Positions 50,001-62,947 of a DNA stretch of 64,000 bases are shown piece by piece (the stretch's first letter is position 1; each line of letters begins with the position of its first letter). The position numbers and the translations under genes are program-made. Source of the stretch: Stylophora pistillata. Its lineage: Eukaryota. The stretch spans positions 300,248-364,247 of the forward strand of contig NW_019217990.1 in assembly GCF_002571385.2 (NCBI RefSeq), written 5' to 3'. Under the pieces are notes generated by a model that was not told the origin of the DNA, searched no databases, and saw nothing but the letters and a program-made list of their open reading frames with translations.

Positions 50001-53000
50001 CCTCATAAACAGCACAGAGGAACTTGGCGAGTTTCTGTCCATACCTGAAGTTCGTGAAGCGTACAGGCAGGGTTAGTCCAGCAGGGTTTAAGATAAATAG
50101 ACGTGAACTGTATGGAGCACATTGTCGAAATTACTACAGTCGATTTAGAGAATGAAAAACGTTACAAGGAAAAGAAAAGGAGCCAGTGAAAGTTCTAGCT
50201 AAAAAATAAACAAACTCCCTGAAGCTCTGGGAAACGCGGGTGATTTCAGTTTTTCATTTAACAACTGTTTGAGAGAGTGCCGCTGGCTTTTCAAATTCGT
50301 GAAGGGGTATGGGAGACAGAAGAAGAAAAGCGGGAAATGGGAACTGTTTGAGAGCGGTAGGCGGGAGTGAAGCTGTAAACCTTGGCGAACCAATAATCTG
50401 AAGTGTCTTACGAATGAAAACAAAACAAAAGGCGAAAAACGGGAGTCAGAGATACAGGAGGCGGAAAAGCCGGGTATAAAGGATGGTAGTTTTCACCTCC
50501 TCTCCCCAAACACATCAATCAAAACGAGAGGTACAATCAATGCAATGGGTCCTATTCAATTACAAAATTGCTCTGATTGTGAAGGAATGTTCTCACCTGA
50601 AAAGAAGTATCTCACGTAGTAAAATAGTTAGGAACTTAGGGTCCTTCATGAATGAGATGGTTCGAAGGAGTACCGTCACCTACAACGGAGAGTGAATGAT
50701 ACTTGTTTAAAACACCAAGAACCACTGGAGTTTAATGAAATTAAGAAATACTAAATATAATTTAATGCTTTTACAGAGGCAGGAAACCATTTAAAAGGAA
50801 GATAATTTGGTTGCATCAACTGGGTTGATAATGTAAATTGGCCAACTAAGTTGATAAAACCAAATTATCTTGTTATACCGCCCACCATTGCAGCAACACA
50901 GTTTCTTCAGAAATCTACTCTCCTCCCCCCCCCTTTATTCATTAAAAGGGAAGAAGAATATGCAGGAAATTTGCACCATCATGTATGTATATTAAATTTA
51001 CTTAAGATATGAAATAACGACCTCTTCAATGAGGGAACTCTTTCCATCAGCATTTATAAGAGCTGCAATCTCCAATCGAAGCATAATCTGGAGCTGGTAC
51101 CTGATACATAGGCAAGGTGTAAAAAGACATTAGAGTTTCAAATCCATTCAGCCAAGATAAGGTTTCTATGATTCTTGATTTTTTTAAAAAGATAACCTTT
51201 GAAACTTGATAAAATACTTATTAAATAAATGATAAAAAATAATTAGATACTGTCATTAGATTATTATTATTATAACTAATTAGATAGATGTTAGAGAAAT
51301 AAGTATAAACACAAAAATGGACATCCAGATTTTTTTCAATTATTACAAAGCTGTGCTTTAAGAAAAATCCTTATACTTGGAACTAACATTAAATGAAACA
51401 TGGGGCAGACAGTGAGGACAGTTACTGTAGGGATCAAAAGGGAAAAAGCTTTAAACACTCTAATACAGCAATATCCAAAAGTCACCTAATAGCAAAATAT
51501 TATCTTGTATCACACCTTCATGCTTGCTTGTTTGTTTCTTTTAAGTGTGAGGCATTAAGTACTTTCAAGGGTGGATGTAGGAGATAATAACAAACAACAT
51601 CTGCTTACTCTCTGACTTGCTGCCCTTGTCTAATGACATCACTACATCCTTCATATTTTTTTCTAAGTGCTGATACTGTTAAGAGTACATGCTCTTCTAA
51701 AAACTGTGAAACAAGCCCCTGAGAAATAACAAAGCATCCCTTCTTTTAGACCATACTGCATTTGCCTTTTTGACAATGCCTACAAATGTAAGTGAATAAA
51801 AATAAATAAACCGTGGAAGTAATAGAAGAATAACTGGTTTTTTTTAATGAAAAGGTTGCAGTACATTGATAATGAAGTACCAGTATTATTAACTACATGT
51901 AGTTGTTATTGAAACAGGTATGTAGTGAAATTAATGAAAGGTTGTCTGTTTGGTTGCCATAAACACATGAAATCATTGATACAGTGTGTAGCATTTAGCA
52001 CACTGATGTTCTTCAACTCTCCATGGGTATATATACAAATGTCTTAAATAGATTAAAAGAAAACGAAGTATTAAACAATATTACCTTCTGTTCATTATCT
52101 CCCTCGTTCACAAAAAATTGGGAAACTATAGTCACTATGTTCGTGATTTCATGAAGTATGTTTTCTCCCTGGTAAAATTTAAAAATGTCATGAGACAAAG
52201 AATGAACATTAGTCAAATACTCTTGAACAATACATGGAATAATATTCATAAAAAAAAAAAAAAAACATTTCATAAATACCTCCAAAATGACTTTACTGGT
52301 TAAATCACAAATGGCCAATTTCAACTCAGCTTTATCTGCAAAATTCAAAAGTTAACTCTCATTATGTGGATCCAGTAACTTGGCCACTCTCATTATATGG
52401 ATCCAGTAACTTGGCCACTCAGAAAAAGAAATGAAAGCCAAGCTCACTGACAAGAGAATGATTTCAAACCTTTTTTCTATTGTACATATATCTCCTGACA
52501 ATGATAAAAAACTCTCCAACTTAAACATGCATCTACAGCTATGAATCATTAATTTAAACCATGAACAAGCTTGCCTAGTTGCTTTAAGTCTATGCCTTGT
52601 AACACTAAAAAATTGGAACAGTGAAAAAGATATATCAATGCATGATTGCAAATGTGTAGGGAATTTCATGAATTAGGATGGACTTCTCTCAGTTATGTAG
52701 AAATACAAGTAAAGCGTCTGTTCAAAAGTCCATAATTTAGTAACCACTGTCATATACCTGTCAGATTACATAGGACTTCTTGCATTGCAGTGCTATTGTT
52801 AGGTAACAGGCTGTCATTATCAGTGGAACAGTCATTCAATTTATCATTCTCAACTGAAGGTTGGCTCTTATTGATATCCAAACTGCTCTTTTGATAATCT
52901 GTACTTGTTCCCTTCTTCAAATTCCTTCTGTATATCAAAACAATAAGAACCAATAATTATTAGACTTCGATTCAAAATGATTCCTCTAACTTTCAAGCCC

Positions 53001-55540
53001 TATTTTATAATGATCCCTCTTAAATTGAGCCTCATTCACATGATGCGTCACCAGTAAAAGGTTCTTACATTTATGTTTCAAATCAACTACAGTGTGGCAA
53101 TGGTTGGAAAAAAAAAAAAAAAAGAAAAAAAAAACATAAGTATTGTGCAGGAGCAATAATTAAATTGAACAAGAAGAAACATACAATTTAAATTAAGACA
53201 TGATCCATGTAATAACAAATTTATTATTACTGTTAATGATATGACATGGAAGTTAATAGAGAAAAATAATTATTAATCCAGTCCAAAAACTGGCCATGAA
53301 TTTCAAAAAATCTGGCTTTTTTCAAGGGTGACTGCAATAATATTATTCACTGAATAGAGCTGTTCAGTAATTACTCACAGGACAAAAGAATAGTAACACA
53401 TATTTCAATAACTGAATGAGTAGCCACCAGGCTTTTATCTTACTTAGGCATAAAAGTTTCACACTGAGCACCCATTCACAATACTGTTAGTGGTGCTGTA
53501 CTACATAATTATACTTACTTATGCTTTGATGAGGCACTCTGTACTTCTGACTTCTCTGCAGCAAGCTCTTTGGGCTTCTTTGGTAATTGAGTTACAATAG
53601 AAGTCATTGATACCAAATGTGATTCTTTCTTATTATAAAGATCTTTCAATTCTTTCATTAGAGCAGCTTCATTAGCAACATCGCCATCTTCCTCCTCTTC
53701 AGACTTACTGTCTCTGTTAATCCAAAATATTTGAGGCAATACTTATAATTAATAACAGTTATTATTGTACCACACCCTTACCATTTTGCTCTGCATTTCA
53801 GAGTACAACTTAAACGACTCAATGACATGTGCATGAACAGTGAACCCTACTGTACTGACTGCACAGGACTACAGTGTATCTAAAATGCACCTTAATGAAA
53901 CAGCTATGCATCTAAAATGCACCTTAATAAAACAGCTATGCATACCAGTTATACTTTATTTACAACATTAAGTGTACACACAGCACTACAGCATACCTTT
54001 GAAGTTCATTAAAAAATGAACCAGTTGTGTTTTCCTCAACAGCAAAGGAACCCCATGGATCAAAAAACATTGCATCAAATTCTTCTCTTTTATTTCTGAA
54101 CGGATCTAAAGAATTAATGCAAATTACAACATTAAGATAAATGTTTGACCTTTGTTCGCGAATTTCATTGACCATTTATCTGCTAAGTGGAATAAGCATC
54201 TTATCTCAGTATCACCACTGGATTGAACAATAAGATCATAACAACATAGAAAATTAATGCCAATTAAAGAAGCTCTTGATTGATAAACAAATTCTCCTGG
54301 TTTGTACTATAAGACAGGACTCGACACTAATGGTAGCCAACTAGCCACAGACCAGTAGAAATTCAGTTTTGGCTAGTGATTTCAATTTCCACTGGCCAGT
54401 TTGGCTAGTAAACAAACTGAAATTGTTATAACATCTAAGATGTCACTAACCATTTGGCTAGTAATTTGAAAAGTTAGTGTTGAGCCCTGTAAGAAATGTA
54501 TGGAAAACAATGTGGAGAATATGTGTACTGATTTTAGGAGTAGTAAGAGTAGTAAGATTAGTCCTCTCTCACAGTAGATGCACTAACTCTCACTTATTCA
54601 CAACTACAGCTGTATGTATCATCAAGAAATCCATAGTTTCCAGACTTATTAATTCTATTTTGCAAAATGAAATGAAACGAAACAAAACCAGGCAAGATAT
54701 AACAAAACTAAGGGGAAAATGCATTACATTATCTAATAAGGTAAGGATAAATTTCATGAGGATTTTGGAGTAATCATCAATTGATAAGAAAGATTTTCAT
54801 TCATTTTGCAAAGTAGTAATTTTAGGAGGGATACTATTTTGTGAAATCAACTATTTTCACACTTCAGTAACGATGTCTTTCTCTTGGGGTCACAAAAATA
54901 TGTTTAAACATTTCATCAAAGTATATTCCTGAAGATTTCAGTCACCTCCTATTTCACCACCCATTAATCTTACAACTAACTAAACAATTCTTATTTTGTG
55001 AAATGGACTATGACCCTAAATTATAATTTCATCTAGTTTAAGTATAGATTGTCATGAAATAATATTATTAGAGTTATTATTTTAGATTGCTGTAAACAAC
55101 TGTAATTTAATTGTGTGTGTAAGTGGTAAATAAATAATAGTAATAACAATAATAATAATTTTTTTTTTAAAAAAATACTCCACTTTATTTAAAATCACCA
55201 AAAATATTTACTAAAGTTTGATAAAAACCCTTGGCTAAAAATCGAAAAACACACCAAAATGTCCATCAGAAGCTAAGAAAAACACACCTCAGCTACGTTT
55301 ACTTCTCGAGCTTTACAATAATAATAAAGATGATAATAATAAAATTTTTTAGGCATTTTAACACATCTCCTTCTTTATTTAGCAATAATTTCCATAAAAT
55401 CCTCTACAATACAAAATATTAATGTTCAGCGTAATAAACGATCCAAAGTAACTCACTTTCGGCTCACATCTACTCCTTTTTTTAATAATAATAACAACAA
55501 CAACAACAACAATGACAACAACAACAACAATAATAATAAC

Positions 55541-55578
<38 letters not shown>

Positions 55579-58500
55579 GGGCAGTCCACTCCGGCACACT
55601 GAATATTGCCCGGACTTTCAAGGTGGCAGTTTGAGTTCCTGTTAGGAGGAGGACCGTAGACACAACGGAAAAGCTTTTTAGGATTAGTTAATGTACATTT
55701 ATTTTTTACTCCGTGGCTCACAGGTTACAGTTTTCGCCCTGTGCTGCCTGATTAGAATGTAGCATTCAGTTGATTTCTCTGCGACAAAATAATAATAATA
55801 TTCACCCAGTAGTAATGATTAATTAATCTCAAATTTTGGAATTTAAAAATCATACTGTCCTATGACTGCTTCAAAATGAGTAGAGTTGCAATTTATTTTG
55901 TACATTTAATTTCATCTCACCTTGTGATCCAGTAAGCCCAAAGAAGACCTCTGGGTAAGAAAGTGATTCAGTTGATTCAAGATTATCTTGAGATCTGTAG
56001 TTACTGATCAGATCCTGGCAAGATTCTGCATTCATCAGTTTTGTTCTATCTACAGGTGAAGACTTGCCATGCCAAAGAAGAAACTTTTCAAAAGTGATGA
56101 GAAATTCTGATGCAATGACATTTATCACTCCACAGACTGAGGTCAAAGGTTGGAGGACTCCAGTAACTGGTAACCCAGTATCACAATCAATAAAATCAAT
56201 AATCTGCCAAAAAAAAGAGACAAAGTTGGGAGACAAAGTGTTAGAAGCATCTTTAAGAGTTATCTACCTTGTGGCATAAAACTTTGCTTTTTTTTTTTTT
56301 TTTGCAGATTTTGCAGATCTGGCAATCTAAGTTTCTTGAAGAAAAAAACTGCAAGCCTTTTCTACCTTATGTCCAACTCCACTTTTGATGAACATATTTG
56401 ACTGGGGCTAAACAAAATGGTGCTTTGTAATGGTTGGCAAAGCATAGGGGTTAGGCTTTTTGTTTGGTCTCACTGATGTATCATCACTTTTGAGGAATAA
56501 GGTTTATTCCCTTTCGTTAAAAGAATATAGTGAGATCTCTTCAATCAAAATTACACTTTCTTTATTAATGTTTATGTTCTGCTGCCTGAACATAGCCGTA
56601 GAGTCACCAAAATTAGTTCCCAGCAGAAATTCATTCATATCAGGTCCATGAAAATTGATTCCCACAAAATACACATAAAATATTTCATTTAGTTTTTAAA
56701 GTAAGATTTCTCCAGGGGTCTACCTTTTCCAATTTGGTATGAGTGGGAGGCCCAAAGCACATACATACCAGTAATTTGTTCTCTTTTGCCAAGGAAAGTA
56801 TAAGTGCTTGGTACCACCCAGAAATAAGATTCTGAGAGCAAAAAGAGGAGTCTATAGTACCATCAATAGCACGGTTATCCAAACCAACACAAGAAAAACC
56901 TTTGGTGGGGTGAAGCCATCTTGGAGGAACACAAGTCTGATTCACTACCCCTCTAATCCAAAGAAGGTTCACACTGCTTGATTCATCATTTGATGGTGTC
57001 TGTTTGCTCTCTATATCTGCAGTTTCATAAGTCAATGAAGAGTTTCCATGAAAGTTTCCCAAGCCCTTAAGCCCTTCCATGGAACAAAACATAGAGTGAA
57101 GTTTCACAGTACAATGCACCTTCTCCTCAGCACCTAAAAGTGTCAAAAAAAGATGAGATATTAAGTTTCACAGTGCAATGCACCTTCTCTTCAGCACTAA
57201 AAGTGTCAAAAAAGGCAAGATATTCAACAAAAAGATTAATAAAAATAAAAGAAAGGAAATAATTTCAATGATACAGCTATATACCAGTATAATTATATTG
57301 AGGTTGTTAACAATTCTATATCACATAATTATTTATAACTAGTACTTGCAGTTGTGTTATTGCAATAATATTCTGGAGATTCCCCTTTGTTTCAATTTAA
57401 GGAAGACACATTGAAATTTTGGGGTGTAAATTGCTTTGTAACTTCTCAGCTTTTTGGGATCACACAAATATCTGTTAATATCCTTATAACTCTTAAGAAG
57501 CCACTACTCAAGACATTATACAGCAATAAATTCTGCTGACATTACCTGAAGAACACAGCAATCCTGTACCATCCATCATTGCTTTAGCTTGCTGTTGTGA
57601 AATAATACCCTCTGGTGCTGATGGCTTTGTTAGCTTCTTGCAGAAATAAAAATCCATGACAGTTTCAAAAGGAAGCAGTTGTCCCATACTAGATTTGACT
57701 TGCTTGAAAACTGAAAGAACTTTTCCAGATTGAGGTTTTAAGTTTGATCCAATAGAGAAATTGTTCCCTGTATAATTCACTGCTGAAAGAGGTATCAAGC
57801 ACCCTCCAAACTGTTCCACTGTTGCCTCCACAAATGATTTTACACCTGCATTCTAATACACAAAGAGAAATAACTCATATAAAAATAAAAAAAAACAGCA
57901 AACAGATCTTCACAAGTCCAGATCCAAATGCTGGCTTAATTGAGGGGCTTAGATTGTTCCCAATCTAAGCCCCTACACATTTCCTGGTAAATTAGCTGCA
58001 ACAATTTGGTTTGGATCAAGATAACTTCTGGCTGATAAGTTTGAGTATTCTCACTACCTGTATATTGGATAATGTATGACAAGGCTGTGGTCTAACAGCA
58101 CCCAGTGACCCCCTGGCACCTTACTTTTACTCTTGGGCAACTCAGGAAATTTAGTTTTTTCATACTTGGCTCCCTGGATTTCACAGTTTCAGAGCACTGG
58201 GCTCCATTCAATTTTCCTTAGCTAGAGCACAGTCTTGTGTGAGTATCATAGAGAGAAATAACATGTTAATCACTTCTGAGACTTGAAGGAGTAATCATTT
58301 TTGGGCTGTTCATGTAGCTTTAGAACTGAGTTCATCAACTTGTCTTTGTTCTTATTAATTTATTTTGTCTTGAAGCTTTTAAGGATGACAAGGATAAATT
58401 TTATCCAAAATTTCACAAAGAATAGCCTGTGTAGCAGATATCTTTTTTTTGCACTTTTCCATCCATTGGTTAATAAAACTGCATACCAGCTTTGCAACTG

Positions 58501-59765
58501 ATCAGATGAAAGATTAAAACCAATCTCATCTTGGTCACTAACATTTTCCAACACCTCAGCCAGTCTAATCTATTTTTACTGAGTCTTCATTGGCTCCTGG
58601 CAAAGTTAAACTTCATTCTAACTGGCAGTTATGATTACTTAAGTTTTCACCTCACAACACTTTAAAAAAAGACCCAGTGACTACCCAGCTAGCCAAAAAA
58701 GAACACACAGAAGAGGAGACCAACAGTTTAGTTAAAGTTTAGTTAAATGAAGGGCTAACCCTTGAAAGTTCAGCTTTGAAACTCTTTACAGTGGCGGTTA
58801 TACAGAAATCTTGCCCAGTTAACCGAGTAGCTGCCAATAGATCATGATGTACTAGTTACCAAATTATGTTTCTGGCTGGTCTGATGGTCGTAGAAGAACA
58901 GAAATTTGCTTGTGCCCATAAAATCTACCCTTTATCATAGGACTAAGAAACTGTCCAATTTCTCATTTTCTAGAAGAATTACAGCTTTCTGTAACTGATC
59001 AACACCGGTGTAAAATATTGGAAATAGCTTTACACGTACCTCTTCCTGCTGAAAATTTCCCATGTTCACCCAATGTAAACAAATGCGCCTTTCTTTGAAT
59101 TCCTTGTACAACGCAGAGGGCATCAAGATACTTTTAAAGCGCTCAAATGTTCCGAGACCCGACAAATTTTCACCAGTAAATTCTGAGATTGAGTCATCGT
59201 CGTGAGGGCATCCGCTCAACAAAAAGATAACATTATGAGTATTGGTTATGTTGTTATGGTAAAAGAGCGAGTTGTTATTTCCACGAGTTCTTCTGATAGG
59301 TGAACTTATGTCAGGTCTTTCCCACTGAAAATCGTGAACAGCATTTTTAAAAGCAAAAGAAACACATCTAGCTCCACTCGGTGATTTGGAAAAGGCTGTC
59401 GTTTCTTCATCGTCTTGTTCCCTCGGTTCAAGTTCGTTTACTTGCCATTGTTGTGTGAAGGATTCTTGCAACCTCTTCGACACATGATCTTCAAATTCTT
59501 CAAACGCGTTAACTAAGAATTCTTTGAAGTCGTGTCGTTCAAACTGATGTGAAAGTGATTTGGAGTTGAATATTTTGTAGCCCCATCGCACGCTGGATCG
59601 CTTTTTTTTCCGATAGTCACGAAAATAAGTTAGCAATCGAAGCACGCACAATCGTATGGCCTTCGCAGCATGTTCGGCGGAGCAGTTCGATCCCCAAAAT
59701 GAAGGATTAGAATCGATAAGAAACACAATTTGATGGAAACTTTCGCGAGAGGATTTATCTGACAT
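43658..59765 (-). CDS. TICRR: Treslin (TopBP1-interacting checkpoint and replication regulator; Sld3 homologue)
   Basis: Exon 1 (59765-59040) IVFLID...RLCVLRLLTYF...VRWGYKIFNS matches the Treslin N-terminus. Further exons at about 57852-57546, 57133-56769, 56203-55921, then 54.0, 53.6, 52.8, 52.1, 51.7, 51.1, 50.0, 49.1 and 48.0 kb (approximate), 47614-47530 (VQETPAHKQ) and 46824-46757 (LQESP). The last two carry the paired CDK sites. The large SP/TP-rich last exon runs about 46187-43658. Confidence 0.92.
46419..46735. repeat. Dispersed non-autonomous repeat with a subterminal GC hairpin
   Basis: End reads GGATATTTACCTCGCCGCTTCGCGGCCCGGTAAATATCC...TTCACCTCCACTGCGGTGAA. A similar architecture occurs at about 11700-11780. 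Superfamily not assignable by eye. Confidence 0.55.
47125..47245 (+). repeat. Degenerate tRNA-derived SINE fragment
   Basis: A-box-like TGGTAGAGCGGTTTAAG and B-box-like GGTTCAAATCT, followed by GGTAGTTCCGAGTTAAGCTC. Confidence 0.4.
54315..54489. mobile_element. 175-bp hAT-like MITE with 5-bp TSD, nested in another MITE
   Basis: TIRs CAGGACTCGACACTAA / TTAGTGTTGAGCCCTG; TAAGA on both sides. Confidence 0.7.
55579..55785 (+). mobile_element. Short 3' fragment of the same R4/Dong-like retrotransposon, embedded in a TAA/CAA microsatellite
   Basis: Nearly identical to the reverse complement of 19060-19268 (4 differences in the 3' UTR). Preceded by about 95 bp of (TAA/CAA)n and followed by AAAT(AAT)3. 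Confidence 0.92.
57099..57224 (-). repeat. Diverged tandem duplication of about 63 bp spanning a TICRR 3' splice site
   Basis: AAGTTTCACAGT(A/G)CAATGCACCTTCTC(C/T)TCAGCAC(C)TAAAAGTGTCAAAAAA occurs twice (57099, 57163). Confidence 0.9.
58080..58237. mobile_element. 158-bp MITE with CAAG termini, nested in another MITE
   Basis: TIRs CAAGGCTGTGGTCTA / TAGAGCACAGTCTTG; flanks TATGA / TGTGA. Confidence 0.6.
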
Positions 59766-59870
59766 ATCCTTTCAAATATCGACTCTTTTGCTATTCAAAA
59801 GTGAAAATACTGTCACTGTTGAAACAGTTCTTGTTCACTCATGAATGCATCGGGAGTTGGGAATAGGAAA

Positions 59871-59878
59871 TTTCGCGC
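59871..59878. promoter_or_regulatory. Candidate E2F binding site in the TICRR promoter
   Basis: TTTCGCGC (consensus TTTSSCGC) 106 bp upstream of the TICRR ATG. CHR-like TTTGAA on the minus strand at 59794-59799 and 59771-59776. Confidence 0.55.
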
Positions 59879-61384
59879 CTTTAGGTCACATGATCATTCT
59901 GAAAGTAAATATGACCACAGGTTACCCAAGCTTTTACGATATAGCTTATCATGTGTCAAACCAGATTAGACACGATTTAAATGTTTTTCTTCATAGAAGC
60001 TGCTTAAAGCAATGTCAGTGACAACTTAAATCCGATGGAAAAATTCAGTTTTTCAGCTCTTTGTCTCTGATTCCCTATTTGATTAAACATGTTGTGCAGG
60101 AGTGAATGGGGTGTAAGTCAGTGGTCGTTAATGAGGTGCGTCAAATGAAATTAAAATGACCTATGTTGACTCAACATCGTTCAGAATTCCTGTTATGAGC
60201 ATCCGCTTTTTTATCAATTTTAGTTTAGCTTTCGTGGAGGCAGTTCCTGAACAACTTGAAAGGGGCAAGAGATCAGCCAGTCCAGTTCGAGTGCGAAGTT
60301 TCCTACCTAGTGTGCGAAAGAGAAGAGAAAGCAACTGCCTACAATGCCACTTAAACTGTTTGCACACAACTTGAAACATTAGAAAATTAAAAAGTAACTT
60401 TATTAAATAGCTCTTAGCTGCTTCTGCATACAGAGGCAGTTAATGTCGTCAATATGGAGAGACAAGTTAAAAATGAAGTAAACTAAATGAAAGGGAACGA
60501 TTACGTTGCAATAAAATTTTGTTCAAAAACGAGTAATACTCCTTTTATCATCAATTAGTTGGATGAATACATAACTCCTTAAGAGCTTCAGTTACGACAA
60601 AAGTGAGCCGTTTTTGTGTCACGAGATGAAAGTTGAACTGATCTCAGTAATACAATGAGTTTGTCAACGGGCACATCAAATGCAATAGAAGGAAGTCATG
60701 TTTTGTTAAGATAGAATTAAGGGTATACCCTAAGTAAGTTGCAGAACACCCTCGTTGAATCAAGGGGATTGTCTCTTCAGTCTTAACTACCAGATCTGAA
60801 ATTTTTTAACAGATTAATAGTCACAAGGCTAAGTAGCAGTCATGAGCTACCAATTGTTGTTTACGGCAAATCGATGCTTGAAAAAGCATAGGTAGAAAAA
60901 CATTGAACAATCTAGAAGATATATGTATAGCGAATGTAGAAATTCCTGGTTCAAAATTGCTTTGCTGATTATACATTCACTGATCATATGTAGGTAAGTA
61001 ATGAAAGAAAAGCTTACTAAGTAATAAAAGTTATGATCCCGTTCCAGAGAACGTTGAGTCAAGCACTGAGTTGTTCTTTTAAAATTGGACATTTGAAAAA
61101 TATGCAAAAATGTGCCACAAAGAAGTATGAAGCTTAATTACCATCAATTCACAGGGAATCATTAAGCCTTCGTCATTTTCTTTAAAAAGGAAAAAAAAAG
61201 CCAGTAGTGGCAGTCAAGATTTCAATTAGGCTGTAAGGCCAAAATCCCATAAAGTAAATCTTTTCACTAATGAAATCTTTAGATCTTTAACTAACTGTGT
61301 GTATTAATCTAAGAAGGACTACCCACTTATACTACTAGCAATGACCTACAATGAAAAAGTTAACTCAAATATCAAAGATCGTAA

Positions 61385-62947
61385 TTACTGTTCAATGTTT
61401 CGAGAATTTACTTGCACCTTGAATGAATGAGGCTTCAAGATCAGTCCAAACTCTCCGTCCATGTTAAGTGGTACGCTGTGTTCCGGAAGCTGTAGGTGCA
61501 GTCCTTGCAGGAGACACCCAAGAAACATAAACAGCTGCGCCTTAGCGAGGGTAGCACCAAGGCAGCGCCTCCCACCGGTTGATAATGGAAGCAGGAACAC
61601 TTGCTGATCCAACAAGAGTTGTCCCTCGGTGTCAAGGAAACGGTAAGGATCGAAAACGTTGGGGTGGTCGAAGTATTCTGGATCGTGATTTACAGCCCAA
61701 AGATTAACCACAACAGTCGTTCCTTTAGGTACATGGTAACCTGCGACTTCTGAGTCTTCTGTAGTGTAGTGTGGAATCGCAAGGGGAACAACGGTAGCTA
61801 TTCGTAATACCTCTAAGACCGTGGCTTGTAATAGGGGCAGTTTTGTTCGATCCTGAAGGGTGGGAAGGCGATCCGCTCCTATCACGCGTTTCAGTTCTGC
61901 TTGTAAGTCGTATTGCAGACCAGGTTTCGATAGGATATGGAGCAGCGCCCAGCTCAACGAGGTAGACACTGTTTCAATTCCGGATCCAAAAACATCGGCT
62001 AAAACTTTAACCGCTAAGTCTTCAAACGACTCGTTGCAAGCTTTCTGTTCCGTTGATATAGAGATTTTCCGGTCGGGCTTTCAATCATTTACGAGATCTT
62101 CTCTAATAATTTGATCCAAGGATGCTGCCACATTGACACCAGCTTCTTTGATGCTTGCATGCCGCTGCAGCTTGTAGATGCTTCTTACAAAGTCAAAGAG
62201 CTCTCTGACGGAATCTTTCACAACTTGGCACTGCTTTTTGAAGAGAAAGTGAAGCCAAGGAAAAAAGTCTAACAAGTTGATGGCTCCATTATTCTCGCTA
62301 AAGTCAGCTGCTCTGTTCATAAGGCTCTGCAAAGCAACACTGTACTGCTCTTGAAAATTATCTCCAAACACAAATCTGAAAGCAAAGTTAGTGACCATGG
62401 CTTTAAGGTGTGGACTCAAGTCCTGAGCCTCTGAGCTGCCATCTGTCAAAAGGCAGCATTGCATTCGCTCAAACTCTTGATGTGACAAGATATCAAAGCG
62501 GTTCACATCAGAGAAAACAGAATGCAATGCGCGAGCAGCCAATTTCTTTTTTTTGTGATGCGAAGTGTCAAAGTCACCAAAGACTATGCTCTCGCTTTGA
62601 TGCTTGCTAATTTTGAAACTGTGAAAGGGTGGTCTCCCCGAGAAATGGCCAGCCCTTTTTGACAATGTTTCTTTAACGACATCTTGGCTGTTCAAAACGA
62701 TTGCTTTCCTCCAACCAAGGCGTATAGAAAATACATTTCCGTAGACTTTGGCCATCCTCGATAAGGCAAGATGCGGTGAATCGCCAAGTTGAAGCAGGCT
62801 CCCGATCAGTGGCAAACCGAACGGCCCAGGAGGAATGTCTCTTCGAGTTTTGTACCATCCCCAGATGAGCAGCATGAAAGCAGCGATGCAGCCGACACTA
62901 ACAAAATAAAACATCGGATTTTCTCGAAAGATCGAGATTTCATCCAT
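61385..62947 (-). CDS. Cytochrome P450, clan 2 (CYP1/CYP17-like), with one in-frame TGA (nonsense allele, pseudogene or cryptic intron)
   Basis: N-terminal anchor, PPGPFGLPLIG, I-helix DVFGSGIETVSTSL, K-helix EVLR, FDPYRF and heme motif LSTGGRRCLG. The ORFs 62947-62081 and 61969-61385 are in the same frame, separated by TGA at 62083-62081 and 37 open codons. Confidence 0.9.

Noticed and set aside
55379-55721. ORFs with poly-I/V/Y/C tracts
   Set aside because: Translations of the TAA/CAA microsatellite plus the antisense retrotransposon tail.
61120-61180. Hairpin preceded by AUGA in the P450 3' UTR (minus strand) as a SECIS element
   Set aside because: The stem GAAGGCUUAAU/AUUAAGCUUC exists, but there is no apical AA at the right spacing and no 3' GA to form the non-Watson-Crick quartet.
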